Shown here: in pieces, positions 8,585 to 18,866 of the stretch
Position numbering within the stretch: the first letter of the stretch is position 1
Layout of the letters: each line of letters opens with the position of its first letter
Notes under the pieces: model-generated
What the model was told of the DNA's origin: nothing
Seen by the model: only the letters and a program-made list of their open reading frames with translations
Databases searched by the model: none
Position numbers and translations under genes: made by a program
Assembly: GCA_001820785.1 (NCBI GenBank)
Contig: MHQW01000042.1
Location: 1 to 57,806 of the forward strand
Origin: Candidatus Sungbacteria bacterium RIFCSPLOWO2_02_FULL_51_17
GTDB taxonomy: Bacteria > Patescibacteriota > Minisyncoccia > Sungbacterales > GWA2-42-14
Length of the DNA stretch: 57,806 nt
Direction of reading: 5' to 3'

Positions 8585-10741
8585 ATGAACGAAGGTACTT
8601 TGTCGGGCAGTATGAAAACAGTGTTTACCTTTCTTATCGTTGGGCTCCTTTTTTTCATCATCGGGGGCCTTCTCTTTTTTCTGTTCTTTGATTTTGCCTC
8701 GCTTGCCAAAGATGGCGGGGCGCATATCGGTCTTGGGTGGTACGCGCTCAGTTACGCCGCGGGGCTCACCATGATCGTGCTTCCTTGCACCCTGCCACTT
8801 GCGTTCGTAGTCGTTCCGCTCTCCATGGGAAAGGGGCCGGTGAAAGGGCTTTCCATAGCGCTTGCGTTCGGTGTGGGGGTGGTGGCGACTCTTAGCATGT
8901 ATGGCGTGGTGACGGCCTACCTCGGAAATGCGGCAATCAGCGGATTGGGGGCGTCCATTGAAACGGTGAAAAACTACATGTATCTTTTCGCTGGACTATT
9001 CGCCTACGTGTTCGCGCTCGGGGAGCTCGGTCTGGTGAAATTCCGGATGCCGACCTATTCGGGCGCGTATCCCATGTTCATTCAGCGTCAAAAGGATGTC
9101 ATCAAGGCGCTCATGCTGGGACTTTTTTTGGGCAACATCGGCATCGGGTGCCCGCATCCGGCAACCCCGTTCATTCTTACACGCATCGCAACATCCGGCG
9201 ATATCTATGAAGGATGGCTGCTGTTTTTTGTCCACGCCATCGGACGGATCCTGCCGCTTCTGCTTCTCGCGATCCTCGGTATCATCGGCGTGAACGCACT
9301 TTCGTTTGTGGTAACGCATAAAGAAAAAATAGAACGCGCAACGGGGTGGGGCATGGTGTTTGTCGCCGGATTCATTTTGACACTCGGTCTTTTCTCGCAT
9401 GACTGGTGGGTGAATTCCGGCCAGCATACTCTTTTTGAGGAGATCGTCCAGGAACAGCGATTTACGACCTCTATCGCGGAAAATCTTGGCGTGGAAAATG
9501 TTCACCGACATGGACCCATTGCCGTTCCGCAAACGCTTTTTGATCTGCCATGGCAACTTGGCAACTGGTTCCTGGTATTCGTATGGGTCTTGCCGTTTTG
9601 GTGGTATTATCGGAGGAAAAAGGCAGGGCTTTCTGCGCTTCCCGATGACGAACAAAGAGTATGGAGGGCGAAACTCACGACACTTTTTTGGAATTATATT
9701 CTTCTTACCGCGCTCTTACTCCTGCTCGTTGTGTATGTATTACCGACACGTTTTTATCAGCAATCTTTGTCTGAGAGCATGATGCACGATGATGCCGAAA
9801 CGGTCGCCCATGCGCACGAAGATGAACCGGATGATCACGGAATGGAAATGGGTGGCGATCAGGTCCATGCGACATCCGCATATCATGAAGAGGTGGATGT
9901 TACCGAAGGGGCCGCAGTCAATTTTTCAGTGGCGCTCGCGCCGGCTCAAGCGGAAAATAACGAGGCGCTCTTGTTTTACGTGAACGATAAGACGCTGGGC
10001 GTGCCCATTGCTACCTCCTCGCTCCAGCTGAATCATGAAAAACGCATGCATGTTCTCGGTGTTCGTTCAGATATGAACGAATTTTTTCACATACATCCGG
10101 AGTCCACATCCACCCCGGGTCTTTTCGGTATTTCACACGTATTTGCAAATCCGGGCATATACAAGTTATGGTCCGAGATCATGCTGGGAGGGACTGTGCA
10201 TACGTTCGGACATGCGCCGATTGATGTTGAAGGCGATGGTGTGCGGGACGAAAAGGAGGTCTCATTCGGGCGCACTGTTACCGCGGGTGCCTATGATGTT
10301 TCACTTCTTGCCGGGGCTCCTCTCATGTTAGGGAAAAGTGAGCCGATCGCATTTGATATTCATGGATCGGAGGGAGAAGTTATGCTTGAGAATTATATTG
10401 GAGCGGCCATGCATCTTACCATCATTAAAGATGACTGGAAGCAGTTCATTCATGCGCATCCCGATGCGTCACGTGGTCATGGGGTTGCATTCTCCGTCCA
10501 GTTTCCGGAGGCCGGGCGTTATAAGGCGTTCGCACAGTTTCGTCCTCGGGGGGCGGAATTAGGAGAAGAAGAGGCGCTTCTTGCGGCGTTTTGGCTTGAG
10601 GTAAAGGATGCGCAGCCCGGCGGCATTTCTTCCCGGGTGCTTCTTCCGATCTTTTCGGTAGTAAGCATTCTTCTTCTCGGACTTTTGGTGCGAAGATATT
10701 TGGATGTGCCGAAGGATTTTAAGCCGAAGAAACCTTCATAG
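8585..10741 (+). CDS. Multi-domain membrane protein: CcdA/DsbD-like TM core, His/Asp-rich linker, two tandem metal-site-like repeats, C-terminal TM anchor
   Basis: 718 aa. It has a PC..P-type TM motif (VLPCTLPL) and a linker HDDAETVAHAHEDEPDDHGMEMGGDQVH. There is an internal duplication carrying MHVLGVRSDMNEFFHIHPE and MHLTIIKDDWKQFIHAHPD. Confidence 0.6.
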   Translation: MNEGTLSGSMKTVFTFLIVGLLFFIIGGLLFFLFFDFASLAKDGGAHIGLGWYALSYAAGLTMIVLPCTLPLAFVVVPLSMGKGPVKGLSIALAFGVGVVATLSMYGVVTAYLGNAAISGLGASIETVKNYMYLFAGLFAYVFALGELGLVKFRMPTYSGAYPMFIQRQKDVIKALMLGLFLGNIGIGCPHPATPFILTRIATSGDIYEGWLLFFVHAIGRILPLLLLAILGIIGVNALSFVVTHKEKIERATGWGMVFVAGFILTLGLFSHDWWVNSGQHTLFEEIVQEQRFTTSIAENLGVENVHRHGPIAVPQTLFDLPWQLGNWFLVFVWVLPFWWYYRRKKAGLSALPDDEQRVWRAKLTTLFWNYILLTALLLLLVVYVLPTRFYQQSLSESMMHDDAETVAHAHEDEPDDHGMEMGGDQVHATSAYHEEVDVTEGAAVNFSVALAPAQAENNEALLFYVNDKTLGVPIATSSLQLNHEKRMHVLGVRSDMNEFFHIHPESTSTPGLFGISHVFANPGIYKLWSEIMLGGTVHTFGHAPIDVEGDGVRDEKEVSFGRTVTAGAYDVSLLAGAPLMLGKSEPIAFDIHGSEGEVMLENYIGAAMHLTIIKDDWKQFIHAHPDASRGHGVAFSVQFPEAGRYKAFAQFRPRGAELGEEEALLAAFWLEVKDAQPGGISSRVLLPIFSVVSILLLGLLVRRYLDVPKDFKPKKPS

Positions 10742-10746
10742 AGCAT

Positions 10747-11193
10747 ATGAACAAATATTTTATTCTTGGGGGAAGCGTCATCATCATTCTTGTCGCCGGC
10801 ATCATGTACAGGACTTTTTTATTGCCGGAGGCATCACGACCGTGCTCTGGAGGGATCACGAGAAATTTTACCGTCACCGCGGAGAAGGATAAATGGAATT
10901 TTGTTCCCCAAAACCTTGAGGCCGAGTGCGGAGATAAGATCGTCATGACCGTCGTCAACGAAGACGAATATGATCATGGCATTGCGATAGATGCGCTTGG
11001 GGTATCGCAACGGATGCCCGCCAAAAGCACTATTACGGTTGAGTTTACCGTGACCCAGGAAGGCGAGTTTCCGTACTACTGTTCGGTGCCATGCGGCGAG
11101 GGGCATGTGGACGGGAAGCTTCGCACTCATTTTGACATGATCGGCACGCTGAAAGTTAAACCGGCACGCGGTCCCGCCATGATGGGGAAATGA
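10747..11193 (+). CDS. Membrane-anchored cupredoxin-fold protein with CuA-like motif
   Basis: N-terminal TM helix. YDHG ... YYCSVPCGEGH ... M spacing resembles the C-x3-C-x3-H copper site of cytochrome oxidase subunit II-type cupredoxins. Confidence 0.65.
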   Translation: MNKYFILGGSVIIILVAGIMYRTFLLPEASRPCSGGITRNFTVTAEKDKWNFVPQNLEAECGDKIVMTVVNEDEYDHGIAIDALGVSQRMPAKSTITVEFTVTQEGEFPYYCSVPCGEGHVDGKLRTHFDMIGTLKVKPARGPAMMGK

Positions 11194-11234
11194 TGTGTGT
11201 CAACCGACGTCTTTAATATAATTGTCCGATACAT

Positions 11235-13808
11235 ATGGCAAAAGTGGTTCTCAAAGTGAAAGGCATGCACTGCGCATCGTGCTCGGTGCTCATAGATAAG
11301 CTCATCGGGAAACAGCCCGGCGTTTCTTCTATTAAAACAAGTTATGGTTCTGAGAAGACCGCCATTGAATATGATGAGTCAAGGATCTCTCTTGAGAAAA
11401 TAGACGAGTTCATAAACAAGTTGGGCTATGATTTGATACGCCCCACCGAAGAAGGATCCACGCTGGAAGAGGAGGAGTTGAAAGACGCCAAAAAAATAGA
11501 AGAGGCGCGTCGGCGCGTCAAGGCGGCATTTCTTCTCGCGTTTCCCATCATTTTGTACTATATGCTCATTCACATGTTCAATGTGACGCACGTGCATGAG
11601 TTTTTTGATTTTCTCGTGATCCGTCAGCCGGCACTCTCGGGATCGGAGGGATTCTTTGCCTACGGCTCGTACCTCGTGAACTATCTTTTTTGGGGTATCG
11701 CCCAACCGTTAAAACTGCTGGTGGGAATATTCGTTGATGTATCCAGTCCGCCGTTTCGGATAGATCTTAACTATTTTTACTGGATACTTTCAACGCCCAT
11801 TCAGTTTGTCATTGCTTGGCCATTCTATAAAAACTCCTTCACCTCCATCCGGGTTGGTTCCGCGAATATGGACGTATTGGTGGCGCTTGGCACATCCGCG
11901 GCATATTTTTACAGCGCGATTGGTTTCTTGTTCTTCAACATTGACCACCCCTTCTGGGAGTCCTCTGCAGCACTTCTTTTCTTTATTTTGCTTGGCAGAT
12001 ATTTTGAGGCGGTGGCAAAGGGGAGGGCCTCGCAGGCGATAAAGGAGCTCCTAAAACTTGAGGCAAAAGAGGCCCATATTATGCGAGATGGGCAGGAGGT
12101 CACCGTGCCGATAGATCAGTTGAAAGTTGGAGATGTTATTATTGTGCGTCCTGGTGAAAAGATCCCTGTTGATGGGATCATTGTTGAGGGTAAGTCCCAC
12201 ATTGATGAAAAAGTTGTTACCGGCGAGTCATTTCCGGTAGGAAAGGGGGTTGGCGAAGAGGTGATAGGCGCTACCGTCAATCAAGAGGGCCTTTTCAAAT
12301 TCAAAGCGACAAAAGTCGGTAAAGAAACGCTTTTATATCAGATCATTCAAATGGTTGAGGAGGCCCAGGCATCCCGCGCGCCGGTCCAAGACCTGGTTGA
12401 TAAGATAAGCGAATACTTTGTGCCTGCCGTCGTGGTGTTTTCCGTGATGGTGTTTACCGCGTGGTACTTTGTCGTTCTTGGGGGAGGGTGGCCGATTGAT
12501 GGAACCGCACTACGCTCCGCAATCGTCCATGCGATCGCCGTTCTTGTGATCTCATGTCCCTGTGCTATGGGTTTGGCGACACCGACAGCGCTTATCGTTG
12601 GGATAGGACGCGCGGCAAAGTTCGGCATCATTCTTAAGGGCGGGGAGGCACTTGAAAAAACCTATCGCATTACCGCCATTGCTTTTGATAAGACGGGCAC
12701 GCTTACGATAGGAAAACCGGTAGTGACCGACTTCATTGCCATCGGAGGAATAGCGGAAAAGGAGGCGATAAAACTTGCAGCCTCGGTTGAGCGCGGTTCC
12801 GAACATCCGCTTGCAACTGCCGTTATTGAGAAAGGAAAGAATGTCGCCGGAACATTGTATGATGTGAAGGACTTTCAGGCGGTCGCCGGATTCGGTGTTC
12901 GCGGTGTGGTATCTGGCATTGAGGTTGTCGTGGGGAATCCCGCGTATATGGCAGACCTTGGGGTGGATACCCGCGAACATATGCCAGCTGTTGAAAATTT
13001 ACAGAATCAGGCAAAAACAGTCGTGTTTGCCGCATCCCGTGGTGGTGTGCTGAAGAATGGGGCCAAGACCAAGACCGCCGCCAAGGCCTCTTCATGGCGT
13101 CTTATCGGCATCATTGCCATGGCAGATACGCTGAAGCCGCACGCAAAGGAAGCGATAGACGCCTTAAAAAAGATGAAAAAAGAGATCATCATGATCACGG
13201 GGGATAACCCAAAAACGGCAGCTGCCATCGGCCGTGAGCTCGGAATAGACCGGGTATTGGCGCAAGTTCTTCCTCAGCAAAAGGCCGACGTCATAAAGAA
13301 TTTGCAAAAGGAGGGGAAAAAGGTCGCTATGGTGGGCGATGGCATCAATGATTCGCCGGCACTTGCCCAGGCGGATGTCGGCATTGCCGTGGGATCGGGA
13401 ACCGATGTTGCGGTGCAGACCGGCGAGATCATCCTGGTGAAAGACGATCTTCGCGACGTGGTGACATCCATTCAGCTTTCGGGGAGGACCATTAAAAAAG
13501 TATGGCAGAATCTTTTTTGGGCGTTCATCTATAATGTGCTGGCAATCCCGATATCGGCGGGTGCGCACCTTCTTGTTACGCAAAGCTCGTTCGGTATCGC
13601 GGCCCCATGGGTCTTGCGCCTTGCCTCTTCGTATGGAAAATTTGGACAGATATTCTTAAGTTTTTCGCAGGCGACCCTGCGTCCCGAAATCGCAGGGTTT
13701 GCAATGGCGTTTAGCTCCGTTTCCGTTGTCACCAACTCCTTATTGCTTAAGCGCTACACACCTCCAATGGTGAAAAGTGAGGGGGAAGCGCGGGTAGCGG
13801 TCAGATAA
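11235..13808 (+). CDS. copA: Copper-translocating P1B-type ATPase
   Basis: N-terminal HMA domain (GMHCASCS), CPC motif ([11 protein letters not shown]), DKTGTLT phosphorylation site, [10 protein letters not shown] hinge. Confidence 0.9.
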   Translation: MAKVVLKVKGMHCASCSVLIDKLIGKQPGVSSIKTSYGSEKTAIEYDESRISLEKIDEFINKLGYDLIRPTEEGSTLEEEELKDAKKIEEARRRVKAAFLLAFPIILYYMLIHMFNVTHVHEFFDFLVIRQPALSGSEGFFAYGSYLVNYLFWGIAQPLKLLVGIFVDVSSPPFRIDLNYFYWILSTPIQFVIAWPFYKNSFTSIRVGSANMDVLVALGTSAAYFYSAIGFLFFNIDHPFWESSAALLFFILLGRYFEAVAKGRASQAIKELLKLEAKEAHIMRDGQEVTVPIDQLKVGDVIIVRPGEKIPVDGIIVEGKSHIDEKVVTGESFPVGKGVGEEVIGATVNQEGLFKFKATKVGKETLLYQIIQMVEEAQASRAPVQDLVDKISEYFVPAVVVFSVMVFTAWYFVVLGGGWPIDGTALRSAIVHAIAVLVISCPCAMGLATPTALIVGIGRAAKFGIILKGGEALEKTYRITAIAFDKTGTLTIGKPVVTDFIAIGGIAEKEAIKLAASVERGSEHPLATAVIEKGKNVAGTLYDVKDFQAVAGFGVRGVVSGIEVVVGNPAYMADLGVDTREHMPAVENLQNQAKTVVFAASRGGVLKNGAKTKTAAKASSWRLIGIIAMADTLKPHAKEAIDALKKMKKEIIMITGDNPKTAAAIGRELGIDRVLAQVLPQQKADVIKNLQKEGKKVAMVGDGINDSPALAQADVGIAVGSGTDVAVQTGEIILVKDDLRDVVTSIQLSGRTIKKVWQNLFWAFIYNVLAIPISAGAHLLVTQSSFGIAAPWVLRLASSYGKFGQIFLSFSQATLRPEIAGFAMAFSSVSVVTNSLLLKRYTPPMVKSEGEARVAVR

Positions 13809-13835
13809 GCATATTACTAGCATAACGTAAAAAAT

Positions 13836-14051
13836 ATGACAAAGATGCATGTAGAGATAGCCGGTATGCATTGCGGTGCGTGCGCGACCGGTATTCAAAT
13901 GCTCATTTCGCAGATAGATGGTGTTGGAAATGTTTCTGTTGATTACAACAAGAAAATGGGGGATGTAGAGTTTGACGAAGGTAAGGTGAAAAAGGACGAT
14001 ATTTTCAAGGCGATCGCCGATCTGGGGTATACAGCAAAGGAGGGAAACTAA
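13836..14051 (+). CDS. copZ: Heavy-metal-associated (HMA) copper chaperone
   Basis: 71 aa with a GMHCGAC metal-binding motif, immediately downstream of copA. Confidence 0.8.
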   Translation: MTKMHVEIAGMHCGACATGIQMLISQIDGVGNVSVDYNKKMGDVEFDEGKVKKDDIFKAIADLGYTAKEGN

Positions 14052-14071
14052 ACAGATGTGATGGTATGTAA

Positions 14072-14097
14072 AAAGCCACCCGGAGATGGGTGGCTTT
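14072..14097. terminator. Bidirectional terminator hairpin between convergent genes
   Basis: AAAGCCACCC-ggagat-GGGTGGCTTT, with a 10-bp stem and A/T runs on both sides. Confidence 0.7.
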
Positions 14098-14118
14098 GGT
14101 ATAGCTGGCCTGCGATCA

Positions 14119-14667
14119 TTATGGGAACAGTTTTTCCCTAAGGCGCGTGAGCGTTGTGCGAGCGCCCTGGGTAGCGCGCTCCTCTTTTCTCTTTACTTTT
14201 TCTGCCCTGCGAAGGACTTTTCTCAGGGCAGACATTACGGTATGAAATGGCACCGCGTTCCAGGCGGGAAGCCCTTGGCAGGTGTGTTCCACGGAGTGGT
14301 AGTATTTCGGCTTTTGGAATATGGATGTTTTTTCCGGTTGCGCTGAAAAAAATTTTCCGGACGTATCAAGGAAGAGCGCATGTACATGGGTATCTTTGGG
14401 GGCAAATCTGCTTTCTGTCTCAAATCTGATACCAAGAGGAATGGCCTCCAGCTCCCCCCTTCGGTCATACTCAAAAGTGGAGTTGGAGATTGGTACTTGT
14501 ACGGCATGTAGGGCAAGTGTTGCCTTGTTTGTTTCAACAAAACCCATAATGAGCGCCTGTGCTTCGTCATAGACGCTCTTTAGTCCGCTTGGGTTGTTGA
14601 ATTGCACATCAAAATAGATGTCAGCGAGCCGCGTTCTTTTTAGGAGACGGCGGGAGGAAAGGGACAT
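14119..14667 (-). CDS. Hypothetical protein
   Basis: 182-aa ORF filling an otherwise empty interval. No motif recognised. Confidence 0.4.
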   Translation of the reverse strand: MSLSSRRLLKRTRLADIYFDVQFNNPSGLKSVYDEAQALIMGFVETNKATLALHAVQVPISNSTFEYDRRGELEAIPLGIRFETESRFAPKDTHVHALFLDTSGKFFSAQPEKTSIFQKPKYYHSVEHTCQGLPAWNAVPFHTVMSALRKVLRRAEKVKRKEERATQGARTTLTRLREKLFP

Positions 14668-14765
14668 GCTCTGCTCCGGCGAGTCAAAGATCTATGCACA
14701 AAACGTAGCACAAATATGAGCGGGTGTCAACAATTCTTCAAACGAGGAGGGTGCCCGGAGTGACG

Positions 14766-15047
14766 CTATGGCTGGGGTGAAGACAGCTCTTTTAAGCGGG
14801 CCGTAAGTGTTTCCATGTTAATACCGCCGACACCAAAAAGCTCGTCGTCTATGATAATGCCCGGCGACATCATGATGCCATAATGCGATATAAGTTCTTG
14901 CCCTTCGGGAGAGAGGGCGCTGATGTTTTTGTAGTCCACAGCGGGAAAATCCTTTCGCAGCGCTTCCCAGCGCTCTTCAAATCTTTTGCACTCAACGCAT
15001 CCGGGAACGGATACGGAAATCATTGAAATAAAAGTGCTCCTTGTCAT
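14766..15047 (-). CDS. Thioredoxin/glutaredoxin-fold protein (CxxC)
   Basis: CVEC redox motif directly after the first beta-strand-like segment. The start is placed at an internal ATG (MTRSTF...); the longer ORF would overlap the upstream gene. Confidence 0.6.
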   Translation of the reverse strand: MTRSTFISMISVSVPGCVECKRFEERWEALRKDFPAVDYKNISALSPEGQELISHYGIMMSPGIIIDDELFGVGGINMETLTARLKELSSPQP

Positions 15048-15057
15048 ATGTGAACGA

Positions 15058-16065
15058 TTAATATTCAAACACATCAACGACGAGACCTTTTTCATCCCGG
15101 AGCGTTATGCGGTCGTGCAGTGGGTCAAAAAGTTTTTTGTTCTCGCCGAGAAAAAGCCGCCAGGTTGTGCCAAGAAAATCCTTGCTATCCCGGAAATTTT
15201 TCACGCATCCGCTGTAGAAATAGTTTTTATTCGCGTAGTCCGCGCAGGCGGCACCAAGCACCGCCTCGTCGTTCGTTGCGTACCGTGGCAGACGGCATTC
15301 CGGGATCGCGCGTATGAAATCAATGCACCGAGAGCTTAAGCGTGTGTCTTCCAAAAGCTTTGACACTTCAGGATCGTCGTCGGCGCATGAGTTTGAAAGC
15401 GCCGGAGTGAATGTGTAGAGTTCGTTCAAGTATCCCGTGCAGGCGTTCTCCCGAAAGCTTGACCGCATGGGATGAGTTCCGGTTACGATGATCGCCTCGC
15501 CCCCAGGCGCGAGCGCTACGGGGGTGGGATCGGCGTCTATGAGCGGAATATCGAGCGCTTTCGGGATGATATGCTTGTCTCCGATTCGGTTTTCAACGGT
15601 CCAGCCGGTGATTGCGACGGAGCCCTTCACGCTTGAGCCGAAAAAAGCTCCGCCATTTCTTAGGATGATGTATTCCTCGGAGAGCATTTGGGAGGTGCGC
15701 TCTACGCGCACTATTCTCACGATCTTTTCTAACGAAGAGTATCCTGATCGTTGCGTTGTTACGGTTCCTTGTTCATGGTCGGATGACAATTGGGTAGCAG
15801 GTGCCGGGGGATTTTGGATTCCGGCAACGCGGGGACTAAAGGGAAACGAGCCAAAAAACCCCGGTTCATTTTCGGAACGTGCCGGTTGCGGGTTTTGAAT
15901 TTCAGATGTCCCGGCGCCGGATGCGAGGGGCTCATCGCTTGATAAAAACGAAAAATTCATACCACCGCTTCCGGATGAGTCATAGAAGCTGAATGTCAGC
16001 ACAAGTATGATGGCAACTATGATAAGTCCTACGACTGCGTTGTCCATACGGATAGTATAGCGCAC
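15058..16065 (-). CDS. Membrane-anchored protein with lamin-tail-domain (LTD)-like segment and Cys-rich C-terminus
   Basis: N-terminal TM helix. EEYIILRNGG...VAITGWTV matches the EY[IV]EL.N...[LI].GW pattern of LTD domains. Confidence 0.6.
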   Translation of the reverse strand: MRYTIRMDNAVVGLIIVAIILVLTFSFYDSSGSGGMNFSFLSSDEPLASGAGTSEIQNPQPARSENEPGFFGSFPFSPRVAGIQNPPAPATQLSSDHEQGTVTTQRSGYSSLEKIVRIVRVERTSQMLSEEYIILRNGGAFFGSSVKGSVAITGWTVENRIGDKHIIPKALDIPLIDADPTPVALAPGGEAIIVTGTHPMRSSFRENACTGYLNELYTFTPALSNSCADDDPEVSKLLEDTRLSSRCIDFIRAIPECRLPRYATNDEAVLGAACADYANKNYFYSGCVKNFRDSKDFLGTTWRLFLGENKKLFDPLHDRITLRDEKGLVVDVFEY

Positions 16066-16092
16066 TTTTGGGGGCGGGGGTACCCCATATAA

Positions 16093-17055
16093 TTACTCCA
16101 GCACCGCTCCTTGGATTTCCGGGTGTCCTCTCATAAAACTAGAGGCGGACATATCCCGTCCTCCTTCCGGGCGAAGCATTAGGACCTCAAGCGCCCCATT
16201 GCCCGTCCCGATATACATATGATCTTTCGCGACGGTAATGGTTCCGGGAGGAGGTACCGGCACTGCGGGATCGGATACCAAGCGGGCGGTACGAATGGCA
16301 AGCTGTAGTCGTGTCTTTTTGCGCACCCAAAAGGTATAGCCGCCAGGCCATCCTTCGTATGCTCGTATGTGTCTTTCTATGTCTACCGCTGACGCGCTCC
16401 ACACAATCTTCCCATCGGCTTTTTTAATAATCTTGCAGTAGGTCGCTTTTTCGTGATTCTGCGGGCTTGGCACAATGCGGCCTGCGATCCAACGAGGAAT
16501 GATCTCACACAGCATTTCTGCAGATAGCAGTGAAAGTTTTTTTGAGAGAGTTTCCACCGTATCGGCGCCGATGATGATCTCTTGTCGAGCGATAATAGGG
16601 CCATGATCCATCTTTTCGTCCATGAGCATAATGCTTACTCCTGTTTTTTCATCTCCCGCAAGAAATGCCGCTTGAATAGGGGAGGGGCCGCGCCAGCGCG
16701 GCAGAAGCGATGGATGGACGTTCAGGCATCCGTGAATAGGTTTTTTAAGTAGTGCATCCGGGAGAATTTTCCCATATGCCGCAACAACAGTGATGTCGGC
16801 GGGTGGTATTTCGGCACAGATATGCGGGAGCAGTTTTTCTGGCTGAAGGACCGGTATACCAAGAGAGCGCCCCGCTTTTTTTATCGGCGGGGGAGTTATA
16901 ATATTTTTTCTTCCGGCGAGCCGGTCCGGTGCCGTCACGATTGCTACAACACGGAAATGCTCCGCAAGGGCCGTAAGGATCGGTACGGAAAAATCAGGTG
17001 TTCCCCAAAACACCAACGATGGTGTATGTGCCGGATTATCCATGGCGTTGGTCAA
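16093..17055 (-). CDS. fmt: Methionyl-tRNA formyltransferase
   Basis: HPSLLPRWRGPSPIQ motif. 320 aa, adjacent to def. Confidence 0.85.
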   Translation of the reverse strand: MTNAMDNPAHTPSLVFWGTPDFSVPILTALAEHFRVVAIVTAPDRLAGRKNIITPPPIKKAGRSLGIPVLQPEKLLPHICAEIPPADITVVAAYGKILPDALLKKPIHGCLNVHPSLLPRWRGPSPIQAAFLAGDEKTGVSIMLMDEKMDHGPIIARQEIIIGADTVETLSKKLSLLSAEMLCEIIPRWIAGRIVPSPQNHEKATYCKIIKKADGKIVWSASAVDIERHIRAYEGWPGGYTFWVRKKTRLQLAIRTARLVSDPAVPVPPPGTITVAKDHMYIGTGNGALEVLMLRPEGGRDMSASSFMRGHPEIQGAVLE

Positions 17056-17587
17056 GAAGTTCTTCCGCCTTGTCTATGAAGAGGACGCCGTTTATGTGAT
17101 CAAGTTCATGCTGGATGACCCTGGCAAAAAATTTTGAGGCGCCCCGTGTGAATTTTTTCCCGTGTTCGTCAAACGCCTCAACGGTGATCTTTTCCGGACG
17201 ATTGACGATACCGAACACTCCGGGAATAGAGAGGCATCCTTCCGGGTATGCAATTCGCTGACGGGAGATCTTTTTTACGATGGGGTTGATGTAGACAAAA
17301 TAGTTCCACTCCTTCTTTTTTCGCTTCTCAATTTCCTCGTCGCTTTCCGCCTTGTTTCCGGCGGTATCTACGTGCTCGGCTTCCTCCGAGACAAGAAATA
17401 CCCGCAGGGCTTCTCCGATCTGGGGGGCCGCAAGACCTACGCCGTCCTTTGCTTCGCCGAGGACCGTTCTCATGTTTAAAATAAGCTCCTGGATGCGTGC
17501 GCCTAATATCTCATCGGAGGGAACTTCTTTCGCGATGCCCCGCAAGACCTTATGCGGATTTTTCACTATCGGCGGAAGATGTGCCAT
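17036..17587 (-). CDS. def: Peptide deformylase
   Basis: EGCLSIPG and HELDH motifs. The start is moved to the internal ATG at 17587 (MAHLPPIVKNPHKVLR), because the upstream extension of the ORF has no deformylase similarity. Confidence 0.85.
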   Translation of the reverse strand: MAHLPPIVKNPHKVLRGIAKEVPSDEILGARIQELILNMRTVLGEAKDGVGLAAPQIGEALRVFLVSEEAEHVDTAGNKAESDEEIEKRKKKEWNYFVYINPIVKKISRQRIAYPEGCLSIPGVFGIVNRPEKITVEAFDEHGKKFTRGASKFFARVIQHELDHINGVLFIDKAEELLDQRHG

Positions 17588-17885
17588 TGTTTTTCTTTTC
17601 TTTAGCAGGTTTGTCTGCGCGCGATCCTTGACGTGGTATTTTCGTAAGACCTTTAAGGCAGGCAAAAAAATATTTTCCGCGCGCCGCAAGCGGAAGATCT
17701 GCCTTTTCACGTATCCGGCCGAGAAGCGCTCGCAGGTCGCTTTCATCATACATTCTGGCAATGCCGAGATACGCCGCAAACCTCTTTGGCTCCCCCAGGG
17801 CAGACGAAAGATCGTCGGCAAGCACGTGTTCGCGCGAGTGAAGATGGGCGTCTTTTTCAAACTTCATCGTTTTCAGTTTTAGCAC
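17550..17885 (-). CDS. Hypothetical small protein
   Basis: 111-aa ORF in a different frame from def, with protein-like composition. The start is uncertain. Confidence 0.4.
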   Translation of the reverse strand: MLKLKTMKFEKDAHLHSREHVLADDLSSALGEPKRFAAYLGIARMYDESDLRALLGRIREKADLPLAARGKYFFACLKGLTKIPRQGSRADKPAKEKKNNGTSSADSEKSA

Positions 17886-18042
17886 TTATTTTGGATTTAC
17901 TGGACGCTATGTAAAAATTATGGTACTATGGTATTGCGGTATTAGTGCTCTTCTTGTGGCCTTCGCCTACCGCGGGCGGGGGCCTTATTTATTTGCTGAA
18001 ATAATAGCACCAAAAAAGCCAATTTTCAAGCATATTATGGTG

Positions 18043-18070
18043 TTAAAAAACCGCCTTTTTTGACGGTTTT
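18043..18070 (-). terminator. Putative terminator downstream of the TerC-family gene
   Basis: Minus strand: AAAACCG-10 nt-CGGTTTT running into a T-tract. Confidence 0.5.
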
Positions 18071-18078
18071 ACTGATTC

Positions 18079-18813
18079 TTATCGCGCGCGTCTGAAGCGA
18101 CGCCAACCATAGTAGGCAAGTGTTATGGCGACAGCGCCTCCCTTGATGGCGATGCTCCATCCGTGGAAGAATGTTCCGAAAACGGGATCCTCTACGAACA
18201 TTTTTCCACCGACCCACGCCAGGATGCAGGAACCGATAAGGATGATGACGGGGAAGCGCTGCATGAGGCGCGAAAGGATGCTTGAGGCGAATATCATGAT
18301 GGGAACCGAGAGGAGAATGCCTCCGACCAGCAGAGGAAAATTACCGCTTGCAACGGCGGCAACGGCCAAGACGTTATCAATGCTCATGACCACGTCGGCG
18401 ATGATGATCGTCCAGACCGCAGACCAGAAACGGTCTTTTGCGGCAATGTTCTTTTCCCCGCCCTCCTCATCTTTCAGGAGCTTCACCGCGATAAAGATGA
18501 TGTATGCTCCGCCTGCCGCATGCAGGAATGGCACGCCGAGAAAAAAAGTTGCGATTGCAAGGAAGAGCAGGCGCAAGATCACTGCGCCGAGCGTTCCGCA
18601 CCAGATGGCAAGGTTTTTTCGCTTGCCCTCAAGCTGTCGTACTGCAAGCGCTATGATAAGCGCATTGTCGCCGGCGAGAAGCAGATCAATGAATATGACG
18701 TTGAGGATACCAAGCAAAAACGCCGCAGTCAGGTAGTGCGATATCGCATCACCAAAAAATTGCTCCACCGCCACCCTGCTGTTCAAGGTACAACATATCG
18801 CCTTATTATACAC
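18079..18813 (-). CDS. TerC-family integral membrane protein
   Basis: Duplicated DNALIIALA and SIDNVLAVAAV motifs typical of TerC/Alx-type transporters. Confidence 0.75.
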   Translation of the reverse strand: MYNKAICCTLNSRVAVEQFFGDAISHYLTAAFLLGILNVIFIDLLLAGDNALIIALAVRQLEGKRKNLAIWCGTLGAVILRLLFLAIATFFLGVPFLHAAGGAYIIFIAVKLLKDEEGGEKNIAAKDRFWSAVWTIIIADVVMSIDNVLAVAAVASGNFPLLVGGILLSVPIMIFASSILSRLMQRFPVIILIGSCILAWVGGKMFVEDPVFGTFFHGWSIAIKGGAVAITLAYYGWRRFRRAR

Positions 18814-18866
18814 AAAACATGCAATATGTCAATACTTTTTGCCATGCAAAAAGAAAAGGGCCAAAT

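Noticed and set aside
17588-17860. N-terminal 91-aa extension of the def ORF, and analogous extensions of murC, rplI, gltX, murG, aspS, ddl, pyrF, the dacB-like gene and the amidohydrolase.
   Set aside because: The canonical family N-termini start at internal ATGs with sensible spacing to upstream genes. The extensions overlap neighbouring genes or intergenic DNA.
17886-18042. Possible small RNA: a GC-rich hairpin GGCCTTCGCCTACCGCGGGCGGGGGCC inside an AT-rich spacer.
   Set aside because: The pairing is short and ambiguous, and I saw no flanking promoter or terminator signature and no resemblance to a known RNA family. It is not supportable without covariation data.
18814-18866. yybP-ykoY (Mn) riboswitch expected upstream of a TerC-family gene.
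   Set aside because: Only about 50 nt separate the TerC start from the preceding gene. That is too short for the riboswitch, and no conserved riboswitch helices were visible.
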